In this document: positions 29,078-40,192 of the stretch, in pieces
Layout: each line of letters opens with the position of its first letter
Numbering within the stretch: position 1 is the first letter of the stretch
DNA from: Thermodesulfobacteriota bacterium
GTDB lineage: Bacteria; Desulfobacterota_D; UBA1144; Nemesobacterales; UBA2774
DNA: 64,000 nt
NCBI GenBank assembly: GCA_963422265.1
Contig: OY729416.1
Location: 384,001 to 448,000, forward strand
Direction of reading: 5' to 3'
Position numbers and translations under genes: made by a program
Notes under the pieces: generated by a model
The model's database searches: none
Seen by the model: only the letters and a program-made list of their open reading frames with translations
Told to the model about the DNA's origin: nothing

Positions 29078-30079
29078 ATGGGAGACTATATAGTTAAGCG
29101 CCTCTTCCTTCTTATACCAACAATGCTTGGTATAACTATAATTACCTTTTTCATAATCCAGCTTGCCCCTGGAGGTCCGGTTGAGAGGAAGCTACAGTTG
29201 GATCAGGGAATACAAGCGGAGGCTATCACCCAGCAAATTGTGGAAGAGACCAAGAAACTCTACGGACTTGATAAGCCCATTTACATCCGTTACGGAATTT
29301 GGCTCAAGCAGATTTTCACTCTTGACTTCGGAAATTCGTATAAGGACCACCGCCCGGTAATAGATAAAATTGCGGAAAGAATACCTATAACGCTTGCCCT
29401 GAACATAATCTCAATATTCTTGATATATCTTATTGCTATTCCCACAGGAGTATATTCAGCCGTGAAACATGGAAGTCTTGCAGAGCGGGCAACTACTTTT
29501 ATCCTATTCATACTCTATTCAATACCGAGCTTTTGGATGGCTATGATGCTGATTTTTTTTCTAGGAGGAGGCGAGTATTGGGACGTTTTTCCCGTATATG
29601 GCATTATGTCCTCTGGGGCGGAAAACTATCCTTTTTTCAAGAAAGCGCTTAACTTTCTATGGCACTTAGCTCTTCCAGTTTTTTGCTTAACTTACGGCAG
29701 CCTTGCTTATCTGTCGCGTTTTCAAAAAGGGAGCCTGCTTGAAGTGTTAAGGGAAGACTTCGTAAGAACGGCTGAGGCAAAAGGGTTGTCTCAATCAAGC
29801 GTGTTGTTAAAGCACGCCCTTAGGAATGCCCTAATACCCGTAATTACAATCTTAGCGGGAATCCTGCCGGCAATGATAGGCGGAAGCGTGATTATCGAGA
29901 GCATATTTTCAATACCTGGTATAGGGCAGTTGGGTTTTGAGGCTGTTTTATCTCGAGACTATCCAGTAATAATGGCGATTGCTACAATATCAGCTTTTTT
30001 AACTTTAATCGGGATACTCATTGCTGATCTGGTTTACGTGTTTGTAGATCCTCGAATTAGTTTTGAGGCTAGGAGATGA
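29078..30079 (+). CDS. Peptide ABC transporter permease (OppB/DppB-like)
   Basis: YGLDKP, DFGNS, RTAEAKGL, HALRNAL, DPRI. Confidence 0.94.
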   Translation: MGDYIVKRLFLLIPTMLGITIITFFIIQLAPGGPVERKLQLDQGIQAEAITQQIVEETKKLYGLDKPIYIRYGIWLKQIFTLDFGNSYKDHRPVIDKIAERIPITLALNIISIFLIYLIAIPTGVYSAVKHGSLAERATTFILFILYSIPSFWMAMMLIFFLGGGEYWDVFPVYGIMSSGAENYPFFKKALNFLWHLALPVFCLTYGSLAYLSRFQKGSLLEVLREDFVRTAEAKGLSQSSVLLKHALRNALIPVITILAGILPAMIGGSVIIESIFSIPGIGQLGFEAVLSRDYPVIMAIATISAFLTLIGILIADLVYVFVDPRISFEARR

Positions 30080-31074
30080 GGGGGATACAGGGCTCGGGAT
30101 ATTGGGGAAGCGTCTGGCAAAGATTCAAAGAAGACAGATTAGCCCTTTCGGCTTTTATACTAATACTTGCTCTATTTGGGATCGCTGTTTGTAAAAATCT
30201 TCTTGCTGGTAACTCGCCAATTGTTCTTAAATACCAAGGGCAATACTATTTTCCAGCACTCGTCCAGTATAGCCAGCCTTTTAGCAAGGATTACAAGCAA
30301 ATAGAAAACACCCTAAATGGCGAAGACTTTGCAATCTTCCCGCCTTTTAGATACAGCCCCACCGAAAATGACCTACAATCTATTCTGTCGCCCCCATCAA
30401 AGGAGCATTTATTTGGAACGGACGATAGGGGGAGAGATGTCTTAAGCCGTATGATCCATGGGACGAGGATATCGCTCTCCATCGGGTTTGTAGCTGTTGG
30501 AATCGCCGCTTTCATAGGAATACTACTAGGTAGTATAGCAGGGTACTACGGTGGCATCGTCGATTTTATAGTCTCAAGACTATTTGAGGTCATGATGACT
30601 TTCCCAGTGTTCTTCCTTATCTTAGCAATACTAGCGTTCAGAGATCCTAGTATCTATAACATTATGATAGTAATTGGAGCGACGAGTTGGACAGGAATAG
30701 CTAGACTTGTAAGAGGTGAGTTCTTAAAGTTAAGAGAATTCGAGTATGTAGAAGCGGCAGTAGCCCTTGGGAGCAGTGACTTTAGAATTATGATGAAGCA
30801 TATGCTTCCCAACTCACTAGCGCCCGTTTTGGTAGATGTTACTTTTGGCATAGCGGGTGCGATACTGGTAGAGTCCGCCCTTAGCTTTTTAGGCTTCGGC
30901 GTGCCTCCTCCGGAGCCAAGCTGGGGAGATATGCTATCACAGTCACAGAGGTATGTAGATTTTGCCTGGTGGCTTGTTCTATTTCCCGGGATTGCTATAT
31001 TTCTAACTGTAACGTCTTTCAACCTAGTTGGAGAGGGATTTAGAAATGCTATTGATCCTAAGTTCATTAAGTAA
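30076..31074 (+). CDS. Peptide ABC transporter permease (OppC/DppC-like)
   Basis: HLFGTDDRGRD, YVEAAVALG (EAA loop), HMLPN, PSWG. Confidence 0.94.
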   Translation: MRGIQGSGYWGSVWQRFKEDRLALSAFILILALFGIAVCKNLLAGNSPIVLKYQGQYYFPALVQYSQPFSKDYKQIENTLNGEDFAIFPPFRYSPTENDLQSILSPPSKEHLFGTDDRGRDVLSRMIHGTRISLSIGFVAVGIAAFIGILLGSIAGYYGGIVDFIVSRLFEVMMTFPVFFLILAILAFRDPSIYNIMIVIGATSWTGIARLVRGEFLKLREFEYVEAAVALGSSDFRIMMKHMLPNSLAPVLVDVTFGIAGAILVESALSFLGFGVPPPEPSWGDMLSQSQRYVDFAWWLVLFPGIAIFLTVTSFNLVGEGFRNAIDPKFIK

Positions 31075-31092
31075 TCTCTTTTTAGAGAAACG

Positions 31093-32088
31093 TTGAGCGA
31101 GAATATGGATAAAGCCCTTGAGATTAAGAATTTAAGAGTTTCCTTCGAGACTGACGGCGAAAGGGTCGAGGTAGTAAGCGACGTCTCTATCTCGGCACCT
31201 AAGGGAAAAGTCGTAGGTATCGTCGGTGAAAGTGGTTGCGGTAAGACGGTAACTGCATTATCTGTAATGCGGCTTATACCCGAGCCTCCAGGTAAAGTTG
31301 AAGCGGGGCAGATCATCTTCGATGGAGTTGACCTTCTTACTTGCAGTGACCGTGATATGCGTTTTATAAGGGGTAATAAAATATCAATGATATTTCAAGA
31401 GCCCGTTAGCTCACTTAACCCCGTGCTTAAGATCGGGGATCAAATTGGCGAGGTGCTAAGAACTCATCTTAAACTCTCCAGGAAAGCGGAAAGGGTGCGG
31501 GTAATAGAGCTACTTCGGTTAGTGGGAATTCCTTCACCTGAGCAAAGAATGAATAGTTATCCACATGAGATGAGCGGGGGGATGTCTCAACGCGTGATGA
31601 TAGCAATGGCTCTGGCGTGTAATCCGGAGGTTTTGATTGCGGATGAACCAACTACGGCGCTCGACGTTACTATACAGGCTGTCATCCTTGAGCTAATTGA
31701 TGAACTCAGGACGAAGCTGGGAATGACGGTTTTACTTATTACGCATGATCTCGGAATAGTTGCCGAAATTGTTGATGAAGTTTACGTCATGTACGCAGGG
31801 AAAGTTGTTGAGCACGCTCAGACCGAAGAGCTTTTTAAGAATCCACTTAATCCATATACAGTTGGGTTATTAAATTCGCTTCCCGATCTTCGTTCTAATA
31901 AGGAGACGTTAAACGCAATACCGGGTCTTGTGCCAAATCCTGTTAGCTTGCTAACCGGTTGCAGGTTCCGGGATCGGTGTTACATGGCAATAGAGAGGTG
32001 CGGAATGGAAGAACCTGATCTCTATACTTACGGTGAACGGCATTCCTCAGCCTGCTTCAGGGCAGATGAGGTAAAGCTAGGCATCTAA
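31093..32088 (+). CDS. Peptide ABC transporter ATP-binding protein (OppD/DppD-like)
   Basis: [26 protein letters not shown]-terminal Cys cluster. Confidence 0.95.
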   Translation: MSENMDKALEIKNLRVSFETDGERVEVVSDVSISAPKGKVVGIVGESGCGKTVTALSVMRLIPEPPGKVEAGQIIFDGVDLLTCSDRDMRFIRGNKISMIFQEPVSSLNPVLKIGDQIGEVLRTHLKLSRKAERVRVIELLRLVGIPSPEQRMNSYPHEMSGGMSQRVMIAMALACNPEVLIADEPTTALDVTIQAVILELIDELRTKLGMTVLLITHDLGIVAEIVDEVYVMYAGKVVEHAQTEELFKNPLNPYTVGLLNSLPDLRSNKETLNAIPGLVPNPVSLLTGCRFRDRCYMAIERCGMEEPDLYTYGERHSSACFRADEVKLGI

Positions 32089-32091
32089 AAA

Positions 32092-33060
32092 ATGTCCTTA
32101 AAAGAGATAGTAAGAATAGGTAATCTTAAAAAGCATTTTCCTATTGTTTCAGGAGTGTTCTCACGAAAGTCTGATTACGTGAAAGCTGTGGACGGGGTTG
32201 ACCTTAGCCTGTCAGAGGGTGAAACAGTCGGTCTTGTAGGAGAGAGTGGTTGTGGAAAGACAACCCTGGGCAAGACTATACTTAAACTACTTGAGCCTAC
32301 GGAAGGCAAAATTTATTTTGAGGGAAAAGACATAACAAATCTGCCGCCATCCAAAATGATGGCGGCAAGGCGTAAGATGCAGATTGTTTTTCAGGATCCT
32401 TACGGGTCCCTTAATCCTAGGATGAAAGTCAAGAGTATAGTGTCAGAGGGGTTAGTTATTCACAACGTGACTTCCCGGAAAGAAAGAGAGGAAATAGTGC
32501 GTGAACTTCTCAGGACCGTGGGCTTGAGAGAGTCTGCACTCTCTCGTTATCCTCACGAATTCAGTGGAGGGCAGCGACAGAGAATAGCAATTGCAAGAGC
32601 GCTTGCACTCAGACCTAAATTCGTAGTTTGTGATGAGCCAGTATCGGCGCTTGACGTTTCAGTTCAGGCTCAGATTATAAACCTCTTTATAGAACTTCAA
32701 AAGAAATTAAAGCTTACGTACCTTTTTATATCGCATGATCTAAGGGTGGTTAGACACATAAGCGATAGGGTAGCGGTTATGTATTTAGGGAAAATAGTAG
32801 AACTTGCTGAGAGCAAAGAGCTTTATAACAACCCTCTTCATCCCTATACTCGCGTGCTAATATCTTCTGTTCCAATAGCTGATCCAAGCAAAAAAACGCC
32901 CAGGGTGGTATTAAAGGGTGACATGCCGAGCCCACTAAATCCCCCTGGTGGATGTAGTTTTCATCCTAGATGTCCGGTTGCAGTTGATAAATGCAAGATA
33001 CATGAGCCTGCGCTAAGAGATTCTGGAGGGGGTCACTATGTTTCATGCCACCTTATTTAA
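32092..33060 (+). CDS. Peptide ABC transporter ATP-binding protein (OppF/DppF-like)
   Basis: [36 protein letters not shown]. Confidence 0.95.
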   Translation: MSLKEIVRIGNLKKHFPIVSGVFSRKSDYVKAVDGVDLSLSEGETVGLVGESGCGKTTLGKTILKLLEPTEGKIYFEGKDITNLPPSKMMAARRKMQIVFQDPYGSLNPRMKVKSIVSEGLVIHNVTSRKEREEIVRELLRTVGLRESALSRYPHEFSGGQRQRIAIARALALRPKFVVCDEPVSALDVSVQAQIINLFIELQKKLKLTYLFISHDLRVVRHISDRVAVMYLGKIVELAESKELYNNPLHPYTRVLISSVPIADPSKKTPRVVLKGDMPSPLNPPGGCSFHPRCPVAVDKCKIHEPALRDSGGGHYVSCHLI

Positions 33061-33153
33061 GATATAAGGTAGGCTTCTTTGCTTGCAAATAAATAAACTG
33101 GTATTATATTAGTGCCGGTGTTTGAGGCTGGTTGATTCGCAGTGTTGAGTGCC

Positions 33154-33669
33154 ATGAAAGTTAGAGTTACAGATATAAAGGATGAAGCCCTTCACATTAG
33201 AACCTCAATGGTTCCAGAATGGCTTGAAAATATACCGGAGTTATTGTCCGGCAATGGAGACTTAAGTGTAAACTCGAATATTGACATTGATTTACAGGTC
33301 ACTAAAGTTTTGAGGCAAGTGAGCATATTGGGAAAAGTTTCCTTATCGGTTACCGCTCTTTGCTCAAGATGTTTAGAATCAGTTGAGTTGGTTTTATGCC
33401 CAGAAGTTAGGCTTCTTCTTTTACCGGATGACAAACTGAATGGCAAAGAAAGAGACATTGTCAATGAGACGTATAGCGGTGATGAAGTTGATCTGGGGGA
33501 CTATATACGAGAGCTGGTAGCGATAGCAATTCCTTATAAAGTAGTTTGTGATAAAAACTGCAGGGGTTTGTGTTCTAGTTGCGGGTTGAACTTAAACGAG
33601 ATGGATTGTTTCTGTGCCGAAGGACGTGTAGATTCTAGATTTGCTGTATTAAGGGATTTGAAGGTATAA
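33154..33669 (+). CDS. yceD: DUF177/YceD family protein
   Basis: CSRCL, C...CRGLC..CG.NLN...C.C, DSRF..L; directly upstream of rpmF. Start ATG 33154 or GTG 33142. Confidence 0.9.
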   Translation: MKVRVTDIKDEALHIRTSMVPEWLENIPELLSGNGDLSVNSNIDIDLQVTKVLRQVSILGKVSLSVTALCSRCLESVELVLCPEVRLLLLPDDKLNGKERDIVNETYSGDEVDLGDYIRELVAIAIPYKVVCDKNCRGLCSSCGLNLNEMDCFCAEGRVDSRFAVLRDLKV

Positions 33670-33706
33670 GACTTAGCATATTAAGATTATAAGGAGATTA
33701 AAAATA

Positions 33707-33907
33707 ATGGCGCTTCCTAAAAGAAAGCAATCCAAGTCAAGGGGCAGAAAAAGGAGAACTCACTACAAGGCATCTATGCCTGGTCTTTCGACGTGTCAGA
33801 ATTGTGGAGAGCATAAATCTCCTCATAGAGCTTGCCCTAGTTGTGGATTTTATAAGGGAAGGACTTTTATAAAGGAAGAAGAGCAACAACAAGAAGAACT
33901 TTCATAG
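33707..33907 (+). CDS. rpmF: 50S ribosomal protein L32 (Zn-binding form)
   Basis: MALPKRKQSKSR..KRRTH, CQNC...HRACPSCGFYKG. Confidence 0.97.
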   Translation: MALPKRKQSKSRGRKRRTHYKASMPGLSTCQNCGEHKSPHRACPSCGFYKGRTFIKEEEQQQEELS

Positions 33908-33939
33908 ATATAATCTTAAGTTTTCAAGGATTGAGTTAG

Positions 33940-34872
33940 ATGATTGCGTTCGTTTTTCCTGGTCAGGGTTCCCAATACGTAGGAATGGGGAGAGAGTTTT
34001 ACGATGAGTTTTCGTCTGCAAAAATGGTTTTTAATGAAGCCAGTGAAGCTATAGGCTTTAATCTAGCAGAATTGTGTTTTGAGGGTGAGCAAAGCGAGCT
34101 CTCTCTAACTTCAAACGCTCAGCCAGCAATATTAACTGTTAGCGTTGCCTCTCTGAGGATCTTTAGCGAAGAAATAGGCGTTCAACCTGACTATGTAGCG
34201 GGACATAGCTTGGGTGAATATTCCGCTCTTGTTGCAAGCGGATCAATGTCTTTGGGTGATGCTGTAAGAACAGTAAGAAAAAGAGGGGAGTTCATGCAGG
34301 AAGCCGTGCCTGTTGGGGTAGGTGGAATGGCTGCCATAATGGGGCTAAAGAAAGAAGACGTTGAAGAAATTTGTAGAGAGGCGTCCGCGAATTCCCTAAT
34401 TGTAAGTGCGGCGAACCTAAACGCACCGGGGCAAACAGTAATATCGGGCAACGCTGAGGCCGTGGACAGGGCTTCGGACCTAGCAAAATTAAAGGGAGCT
34501 AAAAGGATCGTGCCGTTAGACGTAAGCGCTCCTTTCCACTGTGCGCTTATGGAGCCTGCGGCAAAGAGACTATCCCAAATCTTAGACGATATAGTTTTTG
34601 ATGCGATGCAAGCTCCATTGGTAGCCAATTGTAACGCATCCGTGAATAAAGACTCATTAAAAATAAAAGAATTACTTGTAAGTCAGGTTGTAAGTCCGGT
34701 AATGTGGTATGAATCTGTGGAGACCCTTAGCAATGAAGGAGTTACGCAATTCTATGAGATAGGACCGAAAAACGTGCTTTCAGGTTTGATCAAAAGAACG
34801 CTAAGTGATGCTTCAGTTGCAAATTTTGCAAATATTTCTCATTTGGGGTCTCTAAAAAATGGCAGAAGCTAA
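33940..34872 (+). CDS. fabD: Malonyl-CoA:ACP transacylase
   Basis: FPGQGSQ, GHSLGEY, VSAPFH. Confidence 0.97.
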   Translation: MIAFVFPGQGSQYVGMGREFYDEFSSAKMVFNEASEAIGFNLAELCFEGEQSELSLTSNAQPAILTVSVASLRIFSEEIGVQPDYVAGHSLGEYSALVASGSMSLGDAVRTVRKRGEFMQEAVPVGVGGMAAIMGLKKEDVEEICREASANSLIVSAANLNAPGQTVISGNAEAVDRASDLAKLKGAKRIVPLDVSAPFHCALMEPAAKRLSQILDDIVFDAMQAPLVANCNASVNKDSLKIKELLVSQVVSPVMWYESVETLSNEGVTQFYEIGPKNVLSGLIKRTLSDASVANFANISHLGSLKNGRS

Positions 34873-35605
34873 TGATAAAATTGCGCTAGTTACAGGTGGT
34901 TCCAGGGGAATTGGTAGGGCTATTGCGCTAAGATTAGCAAGAGATGGGGCTTTTGTAATTGTAAACTATACGAATAATAAAACTGCTGCAATGGAAGTGT
35001 TGCATAGTATTGAAAAAGCCGGGGGCAGTGGCAGAATATGTAAATTTGACGTCTCGGATTTCCAAGCCGTCCAAGAAGAAGTAGGTAAGTTAGTAGAGGA
35101 GTTGGGTTCAATACATGTTCTCGTTAATAATGCTGGTGTTACGCAAGATACACTGCTTATGAGAATGAAGAGAGAAGATTTTGAAAGGGTTATATCCGTG
35201 AACTTGTACGGGGTGTTTAACTGTACTAAGGCCATAACACGAGTTATGATGAAACACAGATGGGGAAGGATAATAAATTTGACTTCAGTAGTTGGAGAGA
35301 TGGGCAATGCTGGTCAAACCAATTACGCAGCCTCGAAGGCTGGGATCATAGGCTTTACGAAGGCGTCAGCTAGAGAAATGGCTCCCAGATCGGTCACCGT
35401 AAATGCCATAAGCCCAGGCTTCATAGAGACTGACATTACGAAGCAACTGCCGGATGAGATAAGAAAAGATTACGTGCAGAGGATACCGCTCGGCAAGTTT
35501 GGTTCACCTGACGACATAGCAGGGGTAGCTGCTTTCCTTGCATCCGATCAGGCTTCTTACATCACAGGTGAGGTGATTAGAGTTAATGGTGGCATATATA
35601 CTTAA
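34859..35605 (+). CDS. fabG: 3-oxoacyl-ACP reductase
   Basis: TGGSRGIG, NNAG, GNAGQTNYAASK. Confidence 0.97.
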   Translation: MAEANDKIALVTGGSRGIGRAIALRLARDGAFVIVNYTNNKTAAMEVLHSIEKAGGSGRICKFDVSDFQAVQEEVGKLVEELGSIHVLVNNAGVTQDTLLMRMKREDFERVISVNLYGVFNCTKAITRVMMKHRWGRIINLTSVVGEMGNAGQTNYAASKAGIIGFTKASAREMAPRSVTVNAISPGFIETDITKQLPDEIRKDYVQRIPLGKFGSPDDIAGVAAFLASDQASYITGEVIRVNGGIYT

Positions 35606-35626
35606 ATTAAAAGGAGGTATTTAGAT

Positions 35627-35872
35627 ATGGCTGATGAAAAAGAGATTCTCGCCAAAGTAAAGGAGATGGTGTCTGATCAGTTAGGGAAGTCGGAAAGCGA
35701 GATTACGCCTGAGTCATCTTTTATTGAAGATCTTGGAGCTGACTCACTTGATCTAGTTGAACTGATAATGTCTATGGAGGATGAGTTCGGTCTTGAAATT
35801 TCAGATGAAGACGCGGAATCGATCGTTACCGTTCAGGACTCCATAAGCTTTATCGTGGAGCGTAAAAAATAA
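35627..35872 (+). CDS. acpP: Acyl carrier protein
   Basis: DLGADSLD phosphopantetheine site. Confidence 0.98.
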   Translation: MADEKEILAKVKEMVSDQLGKSESEITPESSFIEDLGADSLDLVELIMSMEDEFGLEISDEDAESIVTVQDSISFIVERKK

Positions 35873-37104
35873 TGAGAAGAAGGGTTGCAGTGACCGGGAT
35901 TGGTCTTATAACCCCTTTAGGACTTGGGAATAAGGAAACTTGGGATGGTATTTGTTCCGGACGCTCTGGAATAAAAAGGATAGATAGGTTTGATCCATCG
36001 GCTCACAAGACGCAGATTGCAGGTGAAGTATTAGGGTTTGATCCAGAGCTCTATATGGATCCCAAAGAGGCAAGAAAAACGGATAAGTTTATTCAATATG
36101 CCGTGGCATCGGCAAAGCTTGCTCTGGAAGATTCGGGTCTGGCGATAACTGACGAGCTCTCTCAGCGCACTGGGTCGTTGATAGGATCCGGTATTGGTGG
36201 AATGGAGAGTTACGTGGACACGGTTTTAACAATGGAAAGAAGGGGTCCGTCGAGACTGTCTCCTTTCTTCATTCCTAATATTATTACCAACATGGCGGCA
36301 GGTTACGTATCCATACTCTTTAACGCTAAAGGACCTAATTGCTGCACTACGACCGCATGTTCGGCAAGCGCTCATTCCATAGGTTACGCCGCCAAGACAA
36401 TAAGGGATGGAGAGGCTGAAGTTATGTTCGCCGGTGGCACGGAAGCTCCTATCATACCACTAACCATAGCAGGGTTTAACGCTATGAGGGCTCTTTCAGT
36501 GAGAAATGACGATCCTGAACGATCCTCGCGTCCTTTTGACAAAGATAGGGACGGATTTATTATTGCAGAAGGATCGGGAATGCTCATCCTAGAAGAACTC
36601 GAATTTGCAAAAAGAAGAGGAGCGAAGATATATGCTGAGCTAATTGGAATAGGAATGAGCAGTGATGCAAATCACATTACGGCGCCATCTCTCGAAGGTC
36701 CTGCAAAAAGTATGCGGGAGGCGCTTAGAGACGGGGGGATAGATTCTAGTCAAATTGATTACATCAATGCTCATGGCACGTCAACGCAGTTGAACGACGT
36801 GAACGAAACAAGGGCTATTAAGGAAATTTTTAAGGATAAGGCGTATGAAATTCCAGTAAGCTCAACAAAGTCAATGACAGGGCATCTGTTGGGAGCCGCA
36901 GGGGCAATTGAATCGGCGTTCAGCGTTAAAGCTATTTCGGAGGGCATACTACCACCAACTATCAATCTTGACAATCCTGAGACTGAGTGTGATCTAGATT
37001 ACGTTCCACATGAAGCGAGGGATGCTTCACTAAAGACGGTACTTAGTAATTCTTTTGGATTCGGCGGGACGAACGCCTCGTTAGTATTTAGAAAATTTGA
37101 TTAA
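35872..37104 (+). CDS. fabF: Beta-ketoacyl-ACP synthase II
   Basis: TACSAS (catalytic Cys), NAHGTST, KSMTGHLLG, NSFGFGG. Confidence 0.97.
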   Translation: MRRRVAVTGIGLITPLGLGNKETWDGICSGRSGIKRIDRFDPSAHKTQIAGEVLGFDPELYMDPKEARKTDKFIQYAVASAKLALEDSGLAITDELSQRTGSLIGSGIGGMESYVDTVLTMERRGPSRLSPFFIPNIITNMAAGYVSILFNAKGPNCCTTTACSASAHSIGYAAKTIRDGEAEVMFAGGTEAPIIPLTIAGFNAMRALSVRNDDPERSSRPFDKDRDGFIIAEGSGMLILEELEFAKRRGAKIYAELIGIGMSSDANHITAPSLEGPAKSMREALRDGGIDSSQIDYINAHGTSTQLNDVNETRAIKEIFKDKAYEIPVSSTKSMTGHLLGAAGAIESAFSVKAISEGILPPTINLDNPETECDLDYVPHEARDASLKTVLSNSFGFGGTNASLVFRKFD

Positions 37105-37329
37105 TGGTTGAAAATAAGAATAATCTTATTTAGGTTGTAGTATTATAGGTATTGTTTTGTTAGAGTTTTGAAGATTAGTTGTGCTTGGTTGGGAGTTATC
37201 CACATAAAACCCAATATTTAACTAAGCTAAATAGTCCCTAAAGTTTGTGATCCATCCTTGTTAGAAAATAAAAAGAAGGGAAGGTGTTCTACATATTAAG
37301 CTAAGGCTAGTTCTTGGAGGAGAGCACAT

Positions 37330-40020
37330 ATGAGTGAAATTGGAAATGAGCTAAATACGCTTTGTTCGCTTAAAACAAGCTCCGGCGAGGTTGGATACTA
37401 CTCATTAAAAAGCATTGGGGAGAAGCTGGAGGTTGACGTTGCTCGTCTTCCAGTTTCTATCAGAATACTACTTGAGAATGTTTTAAGGAACTATGATGGA
37501 AAAGTGGTTAACGATGACCATGTAAAGGCACTCTTAAACTGGGGTCATGATGATAAGGAACCCAAGGAAATACCTTACAAGCCATCCCGCGTGATACTTC
37601 AGGACTTTACCGGAGTTCCATGCGTTGTTGACTTAGCTGCTATGAGGTCAGTTGTCAATAGGTTAGGTGGTGACCCAGATAAAATAAATCCTAAAGTGCC
37701 AGTTGATCTAGTTATAGATCATTCGGTGCAGGTTGACTATTTCGCTACCGATCAAGCCTTCACAAAGAACGTTGAGCGTGAGTATAAGCGTAACGGGGAG
37801 AGGTATGCATTTCTCAGATGGGCGCAAAAATCCTTCGACAATTTTAGAGTTGTTCCACCTGGGGTCGGTATCGTTCATCAGGTAAACCTTGAGTGCTTAG
37901 CGAGCGTAGTGAGCTTGCTGGAACAAAATGGTGCAAGGATAGCATGTCCTGATACGCTGGTTGGAACGGATTCTCATACGACTATGATCAACGGGCTTAG
38001 CGTGCTTGGCTGGGGAGTAGGGGGTATTGAGGCTGAAGCCTGTATGCTAGGACAGCCTCTCTATATGCTTGTGCCTGACGTAGTCGGGTTTAAGCTGCAC
38101 GGAGAGCTTTCAGAAGGTGTGACGGCTACAGATTTAGTCCTTACTATAACTGAAATGCTAAGAAAGAAGGGTGTTGTAGGGAAATTTGTAGAATTCTATG
38201 GGTCCGGGCTAAGCGGACTCTCTCTGTCAGATAAAGCAACGATCGCTAACATGGCGCCGGAGTATGGAGCTACTATGGGATTCTTTCCTGTCGATGCCGA
38301 AACGCTCAATTACCTCGCAACAACGGGGCGAGATCCCTATACCGTAGAATTGGTGGAAGCCTACGTGAAGGAGCAAGGGTTATTTAGAACAGACGATATA
38401 ACTGACCCGGAATATACAGACGTGCTTGAACTAGATTTATCCTCCGTAGATTCCTCAATGGCGGGACCGAGTAGGCCTCAGGATAGAGTCTTGGTAAAAA
38501 ATTTAAGCAAGTCTTACAAAGCTACTCTTAAAGATAAGACGGGTGAGGTCAACAAAGCACAATATGAAACTGACATTGATGGACAAAAAGGCAAGCTTGG
38601 AAACGGCTCGGTTGCTATAGCTGCTATAACGAGCTGTACGAACACCTCAAATCCTTCTGTCATGGTTGCAGCGGGTTTGGTAGCCAAAAAGGCAGTAGAG
38701 AGAGGGCTTAATGCAAAGCCTACGGTAAAAACCAGTCTTGCACCCGGGTCAAGGGTAGTTACCGACTACTTAGACGCAGCCGGGCTTACCGAATATCTCG
38801 ACCAACTGGGTTTTCATCTGGTCGGCTATGGATGCACAACGTGTATAGGCAACAGCGGACCGCTTATGCCAGAAATTGAAGAAGTTATAAAGGAGAATAA
38901 CCTCACGGTCGCCGCGGTGCTCAGCGGAAACAGAAACTTTGAAGGTCGCGTTCATCCTTTTGTGAAATTTGCGTATCTTGCCTCTCCCCCGCTCGTGGTG
39001 GCATTCGCTCTTGCGGGTACCGTTGATATCGACGTTTATAATGAGCCTATTGGTGTTGGTTCAAATGGTAAGGATGTTTACTTAAGGGATATTTGGCCTA
39101 CCCAAGAAGAAATAAAAGAAACAGTTAAAAGAGCACTAAAACCTGAGTTGTTCAGAACTCAGTATTCTCAAGTGTTTGAAGGTGATGAAAGGTGGAAGTC
39201 ATTAGACTCTTCCGAAATGGATCTTTATGAATGGCAAGATTCTTCCACTTATATACGTGAGCCTAGTTTTTTTGATAGTTTCTCGTTAGATATGCCAAAA
39301 ACAGACGATATCTTTGGTGCTCACGTGCTAGCATTGTTAGGGCATTCAATTACGACTGATCATATTTCACCTGCGGGAGCGATACCAAAGGGCGGGACTG
39401 CTGGTAAATACCTCATTTCACACGGCGTTGAGCCTACTCAGTTCAACAGCTTCGGATCCAGAAGAGGAAACCACGAGGTAATGGTTCGCGGTTCGTTTGC
39501 TAATATAAGAATCAAGAACCTTATGCTTGAAGGCTCGGAGGGTGGAGTTACCAAGCACGTACCTACGGGTGAAGAGCTTGCCATATATGACGCCTCGGTC
39601 AGATATCAAAGGGATGGCATCCCGCTTATAGTAATCGGTGGTAAGGAATATGGCACAGGAAGTTCACGTGACTGGGCGGCGAAAGGCACGGCACTTTTAG
39701 GCGTAAAGGCTGTCATAGCAGAGAGCTTTGAGAGAATTCACAGGAGCAACTTAGTAGGTATGGGCATTCTGCCATTTCAATTCAAGCGTGGCCAGAGCAG
39801 CGAATCTCTCGGGCTGACGGGGTATGAAAAATTTGATATTGTGGGAATCAAAGAGGGACTTTCGCCTAGAAAAGACATTAGTGTTAAAGTAACCCGTCCC
39901 GGTGGAGACGCTTTCAAATTCACCGTATTATGTCGACTAGATAGTTCAGTAGAAGTTGATTACTATCAAAATGGTGGGATTTTACAGACTGTTTTAAGAC
40001 AAATGATGCAGGTGAGGTGA
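37330..40020 (+). CDS. acnA: Aconitate hydratase A
   Basis: QDFTGVP, DHSVQ, DSHT, TSCTNTSN, GCTTCIGNSG, TTDHISP, GSSRDWAAK. Confidence 0.98.
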   Translation: MSEIGNELNTLCSLKTSSGEVGYYSLKSIGEKLEVDVARLPVSIRILLENVLRNYDGKVVNDDHVKALLNWGHDDKEPKEIPYKPSRVILQDFTGVPCVVDLAAMRSVVNRLGGDPDKINPKVPVDLVIDHSVQVDYFATDQAFTKNVEREYKRNGERYAFLRWAQKSFDNFRVVPPGVGIVHQVNLECLASVVSLLEQNGARIACPDTLVGTDSHTTMINGLSVLGWGVGGIEAEACMLGQPLYMLVPDVVGFKLHGELSEGVTATDLVLTITEMLRKKGVVGKFVEFYGSGLSGLSLSDKATIANMAPEYGATMGFFPVDAETLNYLATTGRDPYTVELVEAYVKEQGLFRTDDITDPEYTDVLELDLSSVDSSMAGPSRPQDRVLVKNLSKSYKATLKDKTGEVNKAQYETDIDGQKGKLGNGSVAIAAITSCTNTSNPSVMVAAGLVAKKAVERGLNAKPTVKTSLAPGSRVVTDYLDAAGLTEYLDQLGFHLVGYGCTTCIGNSGPLMPEIEEVIKENNLTVAAVLSGNRNFEGRVHPFVKFAYLASPPLVVAFALAGTVDIDVYNEPIGVGSNGKDVYLRDIWPTQEEIKETVKRALKPELFRTQYSQVFEGDERWKSLDSSEMDLYEWQDSSTYIREPSFFDSFSLDMPKTDDIFGAHVLALLGHSITTDHISPAGAIPKGGTAGKYLISHGVEPTQFNSFGSRRGNHEVMVRGSFANIRIKNLMLEGSEGGVTKHVPTGEELAIYDASVRYQRDGIPLIVIGGKEYGTGSSRDWAAKGTALLGVKAVIAESFERIHRSNLVGMGILPFQFKRGQSSESLGLTGYEKFDIVGIKEGLSPRKDISVKVTRPGGDAFKFTVLCRLDSSVEVDYYQNGGILQTVLRQMMQVR

Positions 40021-40192
40021 TCCAACACTGTTTTGTGTAAATACGCGCGTGAAAAACTGGGAAAGGTGTTAACTTGCTATTTGATTTTTTTTGTTTATAT
40101 TTTGAGACCTAAAACCTTAGGCTAGGGATCAGTGGTGTGAATTAGATTTACAAATAACAATTTAGGTTTATAAATAATAATTAGGAGTTTAG

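Noticed and set aside
37196..37204. Perfect DnaA box TTATCCACA in the fabF-acnA gap (possible oriC)
   Set aside because: Single copy with no box cluster or dnaA/dnaN nearby; about one such 9-mer is expected by chance in 64 kb.
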